Assembly (NCBI GenBank): GCA_963730185.1 | Contig: CAVSQW010000006.1 | Location: 64,001-128,000 of the forward strand | Direction of reading: 5' to 3' | From: an uncultured Gemmatimonadales bacterium | Lineage (GTDB): Bacteria > Gemmatimonadota > Gemmatimonadetes > Gemmatimonadales > GWC2-71-9 | DNA length: 64,000 nt | Shown here: in pieces, positions 62,285 to 64,000 of the stretch | How the letters are laid out: every line of letters starts with the position of its first letter | Position numbering within the stretch: position 1 is the stretch's first letter | Position numbers and translations under genes: made by a program | The notes under the pieces: model-generated | Database searches by the model: none | Told to the model about the DNA's origin: nothing | The model's input: the letters and a program-made list of their open reading frames with translations, nothing else

Positions 62285-62843
62285 CCTCGTCGCCCTGTTC
62301 GTCACCCCGCTCAACCGGGCCGGCATCGAGTACATGGTCACGGGCGGCCTCGCCGCCGTAGTGTACGGACACCCCTGCCTTACCCTGGACGTCGACCTCG
62401 TGATCCGCCTCGCGCCCGGTGACCCCCAGGTCTTCGCCACGCTCTGGCCCTCGGACCAATTCTACTGCCCGCCAATCGAGGTCTTGATCGAGGAACGCGC
62501 CCGGAGCGAACACGGGCACTTCAACGTATTCCACCACGAGAGCTCGATGCGGGCGGAAGTGTACCTGGCCGGAACGGATCCCCTCCAGGCCTGGGCCCTG
62601 GAGCACCGGGTCGGTCGCGAGATCGAAGGCCAGCTGGTTCAGTTCGCGCCGATCGAGTACGTGATCGTCTACAAGCTCCGCTACGCCCGGATGAGAGGAT
62701 CGGATCGGCACCTTCGCGACGTCGCTCGAATGCTGGAGGTCAGCGACGTAGGACTGGACCGGCCCACGCTCGACCGATGGATCGCCAAGCTCCAGCTCGA
62801 CGACGAATGGGCGAGGGCGTGCTCCTTCCGCAACGGCGACTGA
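62268..62843 (+). CDS. Pol-beta superfamily nucleotidyltransferase (DUF1814/MenT-like)
   Basis: YMVTGGLA...TLDVDLVI, PIEYVIVYKL, RHLRDV. Confidence 0.8.
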   Translation: MTPAPSLVALFVTPLNRAGIEYMVTGGLAAVVYGHPCLTLDVDLVIRLAPGDPQVFATLWPSDQFYCPPIEVLIEERARSEHGHFNVFHHESSMRAEVYLAGTDPLQAWALEHRVGREIEGQLVQFAPIEYVIVYKLRYARMRGSDRHLRDVARMLEVSDVGLDRPTLDRWIAKLQLDDEWARACSFRNGD

Positions 62844-62851
62844 GCCCCGCC

Positions 62852-62883
62852 CGGCAGGCCGCCGTCGGCCAACGAGCCTGCCG
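62852..62883. terminator. Hairpin between convergent genes
   Basis: CGGCAGGC / GCCTGCCG 8-bp stem. Confidence 0.45.
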
Positions 62884-62886
62884 ACG

Positions 62887-63987
62887 CTAATCGGGTAGCC
62901 ACTGAAGAGGTTCCCGCTCCTCGACGCTCGACCCAGCCGGCTCCAACGCCGCCCTCCCCCGCACCGACCGCCACCACGGCTCCACCGCTCCCACCCGCAC
63001 CGGCTCGGTCGGCTCGCCCAACCTGGGCATCATCAGCCGCAGCCCCGCCGCCGGCGCACCTCTGAAGACGACCTCGGCCGGCTGGTCCCACGGGTGCATC
63101 GCCAGGTTGAAGGTTCCCCAGTGGATCGGCAGGAAGACCCCGCTTCCGAGACGCTGCCTCGCCACCAGGGCGTTGTCCGGCCCCATGTGGATGTCGCCCC
63201 ACGACGGGTGGTACGCGCCAATCTCGAGCGCCGTCACGTCGAACGGTCCGAGCCGCCGCCCGATCTCGGCGAACTCCGGCATCAGCCCCGAATCGGCCCC
63301 ATAGAAGAAGGAGTGCTCCGGCCCCCGAAGATGGAACGACGACCACAGGGTCGTGTTCCGATCGCGGATTCCGCGACCGGAGAAGTGCTGGGCCGGGGCC
63401 GCCGTGATCACTACGTCGCGAACCCGGGTCGTCTCCCACCAGTCCAGCTCGGTGATCCGTTCGGGCGGCACGCCCCACTTCTCCAGCCGGGCACCCACAC
63501 CGAGCGAGGCCAGGAAGGGGAGGCCGGTCCGTGCCAGGGTCCGGATCGTGGCCCGGTCCAGATGATCGTAGTGGTCGTGGGAAAGCACTACCAGGTCGAG
63601 CGGCGGTAGCGACCCGAGCGGCGCCGGTGGCGGATGGAACCTCTTTGGCCCGGCGAAATGGAGCGGCGAGGCCCGGTCGGCCCAGACCGGATCGGTGAGC
63701 ACCCGAACGCCGTCGATCTCCACCACGAGCGCCGAGTGCCCGAGCCAGGTGACCCGGAGCCCGGTCTTCGGCGGCCGCCCCCAGACCGGCACCGGGTTCA
63801 TCAGGGGCAACGGCCCCGCCGGGACCCGCCGCTCACCCCCGCAGAGGAACTCGCCCACCGTGGGGCGCTCGATCCCGGGCTTGAGCCCCGCCGAGACGGG
63901 GTTGGCGTTCACGAAGACCCGACCGTTGAACCGGGGCGAAGCCTGCATGCGCTCTCGGCGGACCGCGGCGGAGTCGTCGGACGTCAT
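62887..63987 (-). CDS. MBL-fold metallo-hydrolase (NAPE-PLD/RomA-like)
   Basis: TWLGHS, LTDPVW, SHDHYDHLD, AQHFSGR, IHMGP, PIHWGTF. Confidence 0.92.
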   Translation of the reverse strand: MTSDDSAAVRRERMQASPRFNGRVFVNANPVSAGLKPGIERPTVGEFLCGGERRVPAGPLPLMNPVPVWGRPPKTGLRVTWLGHSALVVEIDGVRVLTDPVWADRASPLHFAGPKRFHPPPAPLGSLPPLDLVVLSHDHYDHLDRATIRTLARTGLPFLASLGVGARLEKWGVPPERITELDWWETTRVRDVVITAAPAQHFSGRGIRDRNTTLWSSFHLRGPEHSFFYGADSGLMPEFAEIGRRLGPFDVTALEIGAYHPSWGDIHMGPDNALVARQRLGSGVFLPIHWGTFNLAMHPWDQPAEVVFRGAPAAGLRLMMPRLGEPTEPVRVGAVEPWWRSVRGRAALEPAGSSVEEREPLQWLPD

Positions 63988-64000
63988 GCTCCTAAATCTA

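Overview
High-GC (roughly 70%) bacterial chromosomal window, most consistent with Gemmatimonadota; this is an inference from the gene repertoire (Hanks kinase-TPR proteins, Big-1/cupredoxin lipoproteins, DUF885, LVIVD propellers). About 55 protein genes; no rRNA, tRNA, CRISPR array, integrase or transposase was seen. Scattered single-base indels and a badly garbled 16.8-20 kb stretch suggest long-read consensus errors, so split genes are not necessarily pseudogenes. Main content: (1) an AraC gene between two cupredoxin lipoprotein genes that share a 37-bp upstream motif (32/37 identical); (2) secreted His-rich beta-propellers (two LVIVD, one YncE-like), an FG-GAP repeat lipoprotein and a multicopper oxidase; (3) a DNA-repair neighbourhood with ligD, ku translationally adjacent to a DUF72 gene, a convergent UvrD helicase carrying an inserted DEDDh exonuclease, and recQ further upstream; (4) an S9 peptidase / atypical GGT / Ddl-like ATP-grasp operon; (5) a BNR propeller plus MoaD-like (C-terminal GG) pair; (6) a MenA1/MenT1-like nucleotidyltransferase pair; (7) an ECF sigma factor whose GAAAC-N17-CGTA promoter recurs upstream of a DinB-family gene; (8) several apparently leaderless genes, a heptamer-repeat hairpin and a 130-bp degenerate copy of the DUF885 active-site region. 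All family calls come from motif recognition, not database searches.
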